Source: Macrostomum lignano
Taxonomy: Eukaryota
Length of the DNA: 62,816 bases
Assembly (NCBI GenBank): GCA_002269645.1
Contig: NIVC01004052.1
Span: 1 to 62,816, forward strand
Direction: 5' to 3'
The first letter of the stretch is position 1. The number at the start of each line of letters is the position of its first letter. Shown here piece after piece: positions 38,955 through 48,146 of the stretch. Position numbers and translations under genes: made by a program. A model generated the notes under the pieces. The model had not been told where the DNA came from. It ran no database searches and saw only the letters and a program-made list of their open reading frames with translations.

Positions 38955-38995
38955 TTGCCTATATTTCGGATTAGGTAAATTCTTCGTCAGGGCAA
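38955..38995 (-). ncRNA. Minimal type I hammerhead ribozyme (5' pLTR copy)
   Basis: Same as 34179-34219 except that the cleavage triplet is AUA. Confidence 0.75.
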
Positions 38996-39001
38996 GTGAA
39001 A

Positions 39002-39221
39002 ACGAGGAGAGAGCAGAGAATATGAGAGGAGGAAGCGAGAGGAGGGGAGACAGGAGGGAGAGGAAAGAGTAGAGGAGAGAAGAGGAAGAGAGAAGAGGGG
39101 AGAGATGAGACAGAGGATCGATGAGAGAGGAGAGTAGAGAAGAGTGAGAAGAGAATAGAGAACAGAGAGGAGATAGGAGGGGAGAGAGAGGTAGAGAGGA
39201 GTGAGAAGAGAGGAGATAAGA

Positions 39222-39282
<61 letters not shown>

Positions 39283-40400
39283 AAGAGAGAGAGAGAGAGA
39301 GAGTTGAGAAAGAAGAGAGGAGAAAGGAGAGATGATAGAGTAAATGGAAGAAGAGGAGAGAGGAAAGAGATGAGATTGTGGAGATGAGAGAGATTAAAGG
39401 AAAGATGAGAGAGTAGAGATGAGAGATGAAGGAAGAGAGAGCAGAGTGCAGAGACAAGAGAAGAGAATAGAGGGGAGAGAGTATAGAAGAGGGAAGAGAA
39501 GAGGAGTAAGAAGAGAGGATTCAGTAGAGGGGAAAGAGAAGAGTACACACGAGAGTGGAGAGTAAAGATGACAGAAGAGAGAGGGGGTAGAGAGCAAAGA
39601 TGAGAGTGAACGCGATATATGAGAGGAGAGAGGAGAGTGAAGAGAGAATAGAGAAGACAAGAGAGGGAGAGAATAGAAGAGGGAAGAGAAGAGAAGGGAA
39701 AAAGGAGAAAGGAAAGAGAGGAGTCAAAAGAGGGAAAAGAGAGGAGTACAGATAAGAGAGGTGAGAAAACATACGAGTATAAGAGAGTAAAGATGGCAGA
39801 TGAGAGAGGGGGGATGAGAGACCAGAGACGAGAGTGAACAGATAAGAGATGGGAGAGTGGAGAGAAAAAAGGATAGAAATAAGAGATGAGAGGTGAGACA
39901 AAGGGAGAGAGAAGTGAGTGAGGAGAGAGGAGGGGAGGGGAGAGAACCGAGAGGACAGGGAATAGAGAGAAATGACGAGAGAGGAGAGGAAACAGGGGAG
40001 AGATTAGAGGAGAAAGAGAGATGGGACAGTAGAGAGCAGAGAGATGAGAGGAGAGAGAGGGAGAGAGAGAGGAGAGAGAGAGGGAAAGAGAGGAGAGAAC
40101 ATGCAGAAAGAATGAGAAGAGAGAAGAGAGAAAAGATAAAAGAAAAGAAAGAAGAGATAGATAAGAGAGCAAAGACGAGAGAGAAGAGAGGTGAGGGAAG
40201 AGACGATAGAAGAGAGGAGAGAGGAGAGAGGAAAGAAGAGAAGAGATGAGATGAGAGGAGAGAGTAGAGAGTAGAGAGGATGGAGGAGAGGAGGGATAAA
40301 AGAATAGAAGGGAGAGGGAATAGACGAGAGAATAGGGGATAGAGGAGAGAGAGAAGAGACAGAGACGAGAGAGAGGAGAGGAAACAGAAGAGAAGATCGA
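39002..40400. repeat. GA-rich low-complexity/microsatellite region
   Basis: Direct reading; 39002-39231 duplicates 33741-33970. Confidence 0.9.
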
Positions 40401-40639
40401 AGTTTCTAAGGAACCAAGGGACATAAGGAGAGGCAGAGGCCAGAGTTTGCCTGTTCGAAGTACCCCAGCCAACAATATAAATGTTTGCCTCAAATCCTAA
40501 TTTTTCACGAATGTACTCTATTTTATGTTTAATTCTAGAATTTAATTCTAGATTTTAAAATACGAGTACATGCAAAAATAGTTCCAGGGATTGAAATTCC
40601 CCGGATTCAAAATCCACGGGTTTCAACAGCTTGTATATG

Positions 40640-43600
40640 AGAGAAATACAAATATACAAATATATATATATATATACGGCTTAACTGATTTTCATGAGAC
40701 TTGCACTGTTCGATCAGAAATTTTCCCGGGACGGTACATGTGTCTTGGCTAAGAAATTGCTAAATGCTAAAGGGATTAAATATTTGAAAAACAAGCTTTT
40801 TTGCAAAGGTCAAGCAAACTTTTCGACTTGAAATGCATTGTAAGAATGCTAGAGAAAAAACTGACTGGTTGAATTCTGATTCTGAAATAGATTGCATCAT
40901 AACTGAAATGTAACTCCAACTTAAATTGCGTCGCAGTATTGAAAATGCAGTGTGGAAGCGTAGCACCAGACTTGATTTAGATTGCGTAACCATATTCTCA
41001 ACTTTAATTGAGACTGATACTGACTTGCCTGGGAAATTGATTATGTCATAACTGCTTCGTGAGTGAGTGTTGAATTATATAAGTGCTACAATTTCATATA
41101 TAAGTCGGATTAGATCTAGCCTAGATGTGAACAGACTGGACTGCTAATGCAGCGACCTGGGTTCGAGTAGTGAACTTTTTTTTATTTAAAGCTTTTATTA
41201 AAGGAATAATAAAGGACTAAGGGCGTCATGCAAACAACCATAGAAGCGTCATGTAAACAATCATAGAAGCGTCATGTAAAAATCATAGAAGCGTCCTGCA
41301 AAAATCATAGAAGCGTCATGCAAACAACCATAGAAGCGTCATGTAAAAATCATAGAAGCGTCATGTAAAAATCATAGAAGCGTCCTGCAAAAATCATAGA
41401 AGCGTCATAAAAATATCATAGAAGCGTAATGTAAAAATCATTGAAGCGTCATAAAAAGATCATAGAAGCGTAATGTAAAAATCTTAGAAGCGTAGTGTAA
41501 AAAATCATAGAAGCGTCATGTAAACAATCATAAAAGCGTCATGTGAAAATCATAGAAGCGTCCTGCAAAGCGTAGAAGCGTCATGAAATAATCATTAAAG
41601 CGTTATGTAAAAATCATAAAAGCGTCATGTAAAAATCATAGAAGCGTCATGTAAAAAAATCATAGAAGCGTCATGTAAACAATCATAGAAGCGTCATGTA
41701 AACAATCATAGAAGCGTCATGTAAACAATCATAGAAGCGTCATGTAAAAAATCATGGAAGCGTCATGTAAACTGTAGTGTGAGCATCTTTTGTGATAGCC
41801 TTGTATTCTATTAGTTAGGTTTTGCATTATTGTTATTGAATTGTTATTTTGCTTTAGTTTAGTCACGTTTTTGGTGTACTTTTTCCTTGTTAGTTAGAAT
41901 CAATTTTGCGTAAACAGGCTAGAAGTCAGACGTCATTTGTGACTCAGCGGAGGGTTGAGTTGTCTGCGAACCCCAGCTTTGCGCGGTCAGCCAATCAGAA
42001 CCGGCCTGGACCCTGGCACGCGGCAAGTTTCAATTCTACCCGGCGCCGCGGGCACAGTGCAATTCGGCTTAAGCAGGCGGCCGGCCAGACGACCACCACC
42101 CGGCTTGAGGGGGTTTTGAGGGGTTGTGACTCTGACTATATATGAAGGTGTGTTTGGCAATCAGATCTCGCCTTCTCTCTCTCTCTCTCTCCCCCCGGTT
42201 TTGTCTTGTCCAGTTCCCGGCCGGTGGCCCAATTTCTCCTCTCTTGTTGGTTCGCGCTTTGAGGCGCCTGAATTCATCACCCCCGGTCCATATTTTTGTT
42301 CCCCGCCCAACCGCTTCAGTCTTGTAGCGTAACGATTCGGCATCCTTGTCTGACGTCGTCGCTATCAAGCGCGGTTTAGATAGAGACTGTCGGATCTGAT
42401 CAAGTACGCGGCCTCGACCCCGAGGGCCTCAGTGTTACACTGAAGGGCAGTGCCGATAGAACTTAGTCGGTACTCCGTTGAACGGTCGGTTCGGCAGGGC
42501 TCTCGTTTGAGTGTAGGTTCTGGCTTAGGCCAGAGGTTAGGAGTCTTCTCCGTGGTCCTGTGTTCGGTGCCTCCTTCTTCTTCTTCAAGCTGAGATCCGC
42601 TTGTCAGTGCGTAATATAATCATTATTATTAATCGTTACTACTCGTTATCATCAGTCTAATTATCTGCGTCGCGAATTTGCTTGAATCCTGTAACTTGAG
42701 TAATCAAATTAAATCGTCTAGCCAATTATCAGTTTGTATCATATAGGATTATCACTCTCTAAATCTTTCGGTTTGTGTTCCCTCGTGTTCTTTCTTTTCT
42801 GGTGCTGTACCTGCGGCTGTTGGAGAGAGACTGGTAGGACTCGCCGACCGGCGATAGGCGATTAGGATTAATAGCTTTAAAATCTCTGAACGCTCCAAGT
42901 AGGTTTGTCTAGGGCCTAATTAATTGCTCACCGTGCATGCTATTATCTAATTGCCCTATTTATAACAAAACAATCATAGAAACATCATGTAAAAAATCAT
43001 AGAAGCGTCATTTAAACAATCATAGAAGCTTCATGTAAAAATCATAGAAGCGTAATGTAAAAAATCATAGAAGCGCCATGTAAAAATCATGGAAGCGTCA
43101 TGTAAACAATCATAGAAGCGTCATGTAAAAAATCATGGAAGCGTCATGAAAACAATCATAGAAACATCATGTAAAAAATCATAGAAGCGTCATGTAAAAA
43201 TCATAAAAGCGTCATGTAAAAATCATAAAAGCGTCATAAAAAAATCATAGAAGCGTCATGTAACAATTATAGAAGTGTCATGTAAACAATCATCGAAGCG
43301 TCATCTAAAAAGTTATAGAAGCGTCATGAAAAAATCATAGGAGCGTCATGAAAAAATCATAGAAGCGTCATGAAAAAATCATAGAAGCCTCATTTAAAAA
43401 CTAATGAAAGTGTCATTTAAAAATTAAGAAGCATCATGGTAGAATAAAAGAAGCGTCATGTCAGACATGAAAGGTGTCATGTAAAAATTAAATGAAGCTA
43501 TAGTGCTGTGCTAGGGAGAAAAACTGAGACGTTAAGGCTCACAGAGAATAACTGAGATTGCGGGGGGGGTTTCTGAGATGTCAAAGCAAAAGTCAGAAGC

Positions 43601-43673
43601 TACTTCAAAATTCATTTACTTTACTCAATTTTTTTATTGCATTCGTTGGCTCGCCACGGGGGGGCGCTGATAG
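40640..43673 (+). mobile_element. Degenerate non-autonomous Helitron (H4-related head) carrying a 21-22-bp minisatellite (AAAATCATAGAAGCGTCATGT)n
   Basis: 40680-41170 resembles the H4-H6 heads; arrays at ~41220-41772 and ~42968-43420; degenerate 3' hairpin GCTCGCC-ACG-GGGGGGC at 43649-43665. Confidence 0.6.
41773..42967. mobile_element. Solo LTR (1195 bp) inserted in the minisatellite
   Basis: TGTAG...TAACA termini; 4-bp TSD AAAC (41769-72 and 42968-71); removing it restores a perfect repeat unit. Confidence 0.85.
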
Positions 43674-43848
43674 AAAAAGAGTCATGTAAAAAATAAAAGT
43701 AGCATTATGCATACATAAAAGAAATGTCATATCGAAGTTAAAAGATTCATTTGAGAATCCCTACGATTTTGAGGCTTGCAGGGAATCGCTATAATGCTGT
43801 AGTAGTGCTATAATGACTCTTAGAGAGAATTACTGAAAAGTCAATGCT

Positions 43849-44013
43849 TTAGGGTTAGGTTAGGGTTAGGGTTAGGGTTAGGGTTAGGCTAGGTTAGGGC
43901 TAAGTTAGGGTAGGGTTAGGGTTAGGGTTAGGGTTAGGGTTAGGCTAGGTTAGGGCTAAGTTAGGGTAGGGTTAGGGTTAGGGTTAGGGTTAGGGTTAGG
44001 GTTAGGGTTAGGG
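43849..44013 (+). repeat. Interstitial telomere-like (TTAGGG)n with variant units
   Basis: About 27 hexamer-equivalents, including a block with TTAGGCTAGGTTAGGGCTAAG repeated twice. Confidence 0.9.
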
Positions 44014-45158
44014 TAGACTGGTCACCAGAGGAAATGTGGTAGCAAATTAATCAAAGCGACAGACACACTGCGCTGGAATACTGTTTACAGCACACAAGAA
44101 GACTATAATAACAAACAGCAGTAGTGATATAATAGACTGTTGACATTTCACGAATACATGTAAATGTATAAGCATTTATATGTTCTTGTTGAAAGTCTGT
44201 CTGCCTTAGTAGTATAGTGTCTGTCTGTCTGTCACTCATTTTGCGCAAGACACCCAGACACGGCATGTAAAAAACTGCAAAAGGACTTTTAAAAGCTTTG
44301 TCATACAGACAGATCAACAGACAGACAGACTTCTCATTTACGAAATCTAACGAGTCCACCTATCAAAACCTTCGTTTTCGTAAAGTCCTATTAATTTAGT
44401 CAGGAAACTATAATCTAGAAATGACTATCTACTCAGAGTAGTAGTCAATAGACTGGCCTCTATTTTACTCTCCAAAAATCTAAAATTACTTTTTTCATTG
44501 CTTTGTGCTTCACTGTAAGAAGTAGTGTTACATAAGGGGTTGCGCCACACTTATTGCTCGGGCGCATTGCGCGCCAGCTCGCTGGATGACTCAATCCCTT
44601 ATATAACACTTCTACTACCAGGAGGTCATGGGTTCAAGTGTTGTGTGATATATAAATATACATATATCTGTGAGTGAGGGTGTTGAGGGTGAGGGCATGT
44701 GGGGGCATTGACCTGTGGTATATTTCTCAGAACACAGATTTTTCAGAATTTTTATACTTTTTAAAAAGGAGGGTGCCCTCGCCCTCATGCCCTCACTCAT
44801 TTTGAAAATCACTAAAAATAAGTGAAAAATGACTAAAAACAGGTGAAAATGGTCTGAAAACAGCGATTTTTTGTGATTTTCAAATTTTTTAAAAGTGCAA
44901 TTTTCACGATTCCAGCTCTAAAACCATGAGAAAAGTTGGATTCACGGGTCAATTTAATGCAATTTCAGGTATATACAATATGAAAGCGTCATCCAATTCA
45001 ACGATAGTAAATTTTAAGTATATAAAATGGCCTTCAGTAAACCATTATTTCTAGGAAATGCTTTAGATATTCAGTCAGCTATAACAAAAATACCACCGAT
45101 CTTCGCCACTGGAAAATACCCAGGAGAACTTCATATTCCAGGGTATTCTTTCGCAGGT

Positions 45159-46053
45159 TACGTAGTGGCCTGAGTGAGGAAGTAAATGTCCTTGCTAGTC
45201 ATAGAACAAGCACTTGTTAATTTTTCTAAAGTAAAAATGGAGCAAACAATTCGAAAAATCCTTCTGAAACCAATTGATAATAAGGTTGGGCATGATCAAA
45301 TTCTTCATGATCTTTTCCAAGAAGAGTTAATAATTTCACACAGGATTAAAGTTATTCAAATGAGACTAGGCAGACTATATGAAATATTAGCAGAAAATTA
45401 TTTTGGATTCGAGAAGGTAAAAAAGATAGACCTGGTTCACGTTGAGCGAAAGATTGCATTAGAGCTTAAATCTTCTGATAACACGGACAATTCATCAAGT
45501 CGTGAAAGGAATTATCAGAAACTATTAGACTATAAAAATTCTTATCCCACCTATCAGTTGTATTATGTATGCATCAATAAAACTACAAAGGAACCTAAGA
45601 ATATTTTACTAGACAATGGAATCACCCTTATAACAGGAGAATTTGCATTGAAATTTCTTTATAGTGATCAATACAAAAACATTATAACCAACATTAAACA
45701 AGTGCTTAGTGATTGGCGACACCTTCAAATTGCTGGAACTCCGTCCGAACGAAATTCGAGTACCTCTGGTACGTCAATAACAGCCTCAAGTACCACTTCA
45801 GTTGAGAAATCTTCTGAAGGAACACAGGTAATTCCTTTTCCCAATCGGACTTCGTCCGCGAACCTATGGTTCGATGGTAACAAGCTTGAGGACATGGTGG
45901 AAATCCGCAGCCAAGCTCCTAAGTCTGAACGAAGTTGACAAGGATATGGAGAAGGTTGAGAGACTTAATGGGGGTGGGGCTGGAGGATCTGGTCAATCCT
46001 GATGAAGCCTTAAGATAAAGTCCAGCCTCTTTCGAAAGATTGAGGAACAACTG
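45159..46053 (+). ncRNA. Group I self-splicing intron (895 nt) with internal ORF
   Basis: Exon ends in U with P1 CAGGU^UAC-GUA-GUGGCCUG (U.G at the splice site); terminal G at 46053. P AAAUUGCUGGAA 45727-38; Q AAUCCGCAG 45902-10; R GUUGAGAGACUUA 45955-67; S AAGAUAAAGUCC 46012-23. P3 CACCUUC(45720-26)/GGGGGUG(45970-76); P7 GACUU/AAGUC; P6 CUCC/GGAG; P8 AGGAU/AUCCU; P9 hairpin 46026-45. Removal restores the PLA2 frame exactly. Confidence 0.9.
45237..45938 (+). CDS. Intron-encoded PD-(D/E)xK endonuclease, Eco47II-restriction-enzyme-like (putative homing endonuclease)
   Basis: Intact ORF (track 45186-45938; the ATG at 45237 has the AAAAATG context seen at several other viral genes). Motifs QMRLGRLYE, KIDLV...IALELKSSDNTDNSSS resemble the Eco47II-family E-x-K-x3-NT-x-NSSS signature as I recall it. 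The last ~70 codons overlap the ribozyme core. Confidence 0.75.
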   Translation: MEQTIRKILLKPIDNKVGHDQILHDLFQEELIISHRIKVIQMRLGRLYEILAENYFGFEKVKKIDLVHVERKIALELKSSDNTDNSSSRERNYQKLLDYKNSYPTYQLYYVCINKTTKEPKNILLDNGITLITGEFALKFLYSDQYKNIITNIKQVLSDWRHLQIAGTPSERNSSTSGTSITASSTTSVEKSSEGTQVIPFPNRTSSANLWFDGNKLEDMVEIRSQAPKSERS

Positions 46054-47241
46054 CCGGGTACAAATTTAGACAAAAGACTCAATCCAATTACAGACTGGCC
46101 TCGGTATGATAGTCTACCAATTAATCCAATTGATTGGACTGCTTACTATTGAAGTATCATGACAAAAGCTATAGAGATGCTGGAAAGACGTCTTCAACTC
46201 CAGAGGAAGCCTTAGCAAAGAAGCACATTGCTGATGAAAAAATGATAGCTGATTTAGATGCTATTCCAACCAGTGACTTGTCTGTGAAAGAGAGACTGAT
46301 TAGAAATCTAGTAAAGCGTATTATCAAGGCTAAAGCTCGGTTTGGATTAGGCATTCATACTCACAACCCCAACAATTGTATAGACTGTCTAACCATATAC
46401 GGCAATGGTCTTAGCTATGAAGATGCTTTGAAATTGCATAAAGAATATCGAAAGCCAAGAGTATTTAGAAAAATGATTCACTATGCAAAAGACACAATTT
46501 GGCATGCAGATATCATTATCCTACCACCTGAAAGAGGTTACAAATATGCTCTCACTATCATAAATGGTTTTACACGTTACGCCTGGGCAGTTCCTTTAAA
46601 AACAAAGACGGGAGCGGAAGTTGCAGAAGCTTTCCAAAAAGTATTTAAGGAATCAGGAACACGTTCAGAGAGATTTTGTGTAGATGAAGGCAAGGAGTTT
46701 TATAATCAGCATATGTACAAGCTATACTCGTTTTCAAAAGACAACATTAGAAAGAAAGATGAAAATGGGGAGTCTATTAACAAGATGTTCTCAATTTATG
46801 GTGAGTCTAAGAATGCAATGATTGAGAGGTTCAATCGTACTCTCACAAATAAACTCTGGTTTGAATTTGATCTACAAGGAAACCAGAAGTGGCTCCACAC
46901 ATTGCCAGCTATTGTTGAAAAATACAACAACACAATCCATTCTGAGATTCTCATAACTCCTTCAGAAGCATCTAAACATCCTGAGCGAGTACCAAAGCCC
47001 TCATTCGAGTATTCAAATGAGAAACCAAACTTTAAAGTAGGTGACAAAGTTCATATCTATAGATATAAGGAGCACTTTGAAAAGGGTCGAAGAGGATATT
47101 GGAAAATTTCAGAAGTGTTTACGATAAAGAAAATAGTTTACTCCAATCCCATAACCTACATTATTGAGGATGAGAATGGAGAAGAAATTATTGGATCATT
47201 TTACAAATCCCAGCTTCTACCAGCAAATTTTTCAACTAAAA

Positions 47242-47664
47242 ATGAGCGCCTATCGAACAAACTGCAAACGGGCGAAAGGTCAGATTGAAACGTCTGATTC
47301 ACAACTACTAGCTGATAAAGAGGGTGAAGGAATTGGTGATATGATAAGTGGTGTCACAAACTTTTTATCAAATCATGGAAGTAAAATTGTGAGTGGAGCT
47401 GACGCAATAGGTAAAACAGCTACCACAGCGAAAAACATATTTGATGCGAAGAAATCATACAGTGACATGTCTAAAGCAGGTGAGGAACTAGAATATATTA
47501 AAAAGAAACGTAGAGAAAAAGAAACAAAGAAAAGAATGGAAGAAGAACAACAGATAGCTTCACAATCAAACAAGGCCATTCAAGATATTGTTAAAAAGGC
47601 TCTAGGAACAGCAGCACAGTCTCAAGTGTCTTTGAGACAAGGCAATGGTTTGAAGAAATTCTGA
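47242..47664 (+). CDS. Small basic virion core/membrane-active precursor protein (putative)
   Basis: ORF with AAAAATG start; EGEGIGDMISGV amphipathic segment, Lys/Arg-rich tract, C-terminal QGNGL. Confidence 0.55.
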   Translation: MSAYRTNCKRAKGQIETSDSQLLADKEGEGIGDMISGVTNFLSNHGSKIVSGADAIGKTATTAKNIFDAKKSYSDMSKAGEELEYIKKKRREKETKKRMEEEQQIASQSNKAIQDIVKKALGTAAQSQVSLRQGNGLKKF

Positions 47665-47673
47665 CCTTAAAAA

Positions 47674-48126
47674 ATGAGCGAGAAAAACACTGAAGCAAGA
47701 CTCAATCGATATGTTCGTGAGGGAAAGCCAAGATATGTTACTGTAAATAAACAAAAGCAGTATCTTTCTAAAGAGAATATTCGAGAATTGCAAAAGAAAC
47801 AGAAAGAACATGAAGGTGGAATAATTCCTCTATTAGGCTTACTACCAGCAATTTTGGGTGGTATCGGAGCAGCCTCTGGAGTTGGTACAATGATTGCAAA
47901 AAGTGTTAATACAGCCAACAATGCTAAGCATAATAAGACAATAGAAAGCATTGAACGGCAAAAACTAGAAGAGTTGAAAAAGGCTCAAGAGAGTGGAGTA
48001 TTAGTTGATGCGGCTAAAAGAGTCGAACAAGTACCCAGCGAAGCAGTCAAGTGGCTGCTAAAGACGTTTAAAGTTGAAAAGGAGAAACAGGGTAATGGGA
48101 TAATTCTTAGACCTCATGAAGCTTAG
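47674..48126 (+). CDS. Polinton virion protein with a hydrophobic GGIIPLLGLLPAILGGIG segment (putative membrane-penetration protein)
   Basis: EGG-followed hydrophobic peptide like the 'GG(F/I)LPL' proteins common in Polintons; C-terminal QGNGI. Confidence 0.6.
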   Translation: MSEKNTEARLNRYVREGKPRYVTVNKQKQYLSKENIRELQKKQKEHEGGIIPLLGLLPAILGGIGAASGVGTMIAKSVNTANNAKHNKTIESIERQKLEELKKAQESGVLVDAAKRVEQVPSEAVKWLLKTFKVEKEKQGNGIILRPHEA

Positions 48127-48146
48127 TTGAAATTTCTCTTATAAAA

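Larger units (their letters stand above)
33971..39001 (-). mobile_element. Penelope-like retroelement (Neptune-type architecture) with pseudo-LTRs, inserted in a (GA)n-rich region
   Basis: RT + GIY-YIG ORF, upstream SGNH-containing ORF1, ~120-bp direct repeats (34107-34226 and 38883-39002; offset 4776) each containing a hammerhead, and flanking GA microsatellites. Confidence 0.9.
45027..47288 (+). pseudogene. PLA2 (parvovirus-VP1u-like)-retroviral-type integrase fusion gene; exon 1 45027-45158, exon 2 from 46054; frameshift at ~46144-46151
   Basis: Spliced: ...GELHIPGYSFAG|PGTNLDKRL...PINPIDWTA(fs)KYHDKSY (Ca-loop GPG and HD dyad), continuing in the same frame into the integrase WHADII / VDEGKEF / IERFNRTL and C-terminal FKVGDKV...GSFY. 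Confidence 0.85.

Noticed and set aside
38940-40493. 517-aa Leu/Ser-rich ORF, and the 33620-34162 and 33940-34149 ORFs
   Set aside because: Products of GA/CT low-complexity DNA.
43849-44013. True chromosome end
   Set aside because: The tract is short, contains variant units, and is followed by more than 18 kb of further sequence.
44436-44446. AGAGTAGTAGT as the Polinton left terminus
   Set aside because: It forms the right arm of a local hairpin belonging to the preceding small element. 44521 is preferred, but neither can be confirmed without the right TIR.
45157-46053. Reading the PLA2 insert as a spliceosomal GT-AG intron (GCAG|GT at 45156/57)
   Set aside because: No AG acceptor restores the frame before CCG GGT (the sequence there is ACAACTG), whereas U|...G| group I boundaries restore it exactly and the catalytic core elements are present.
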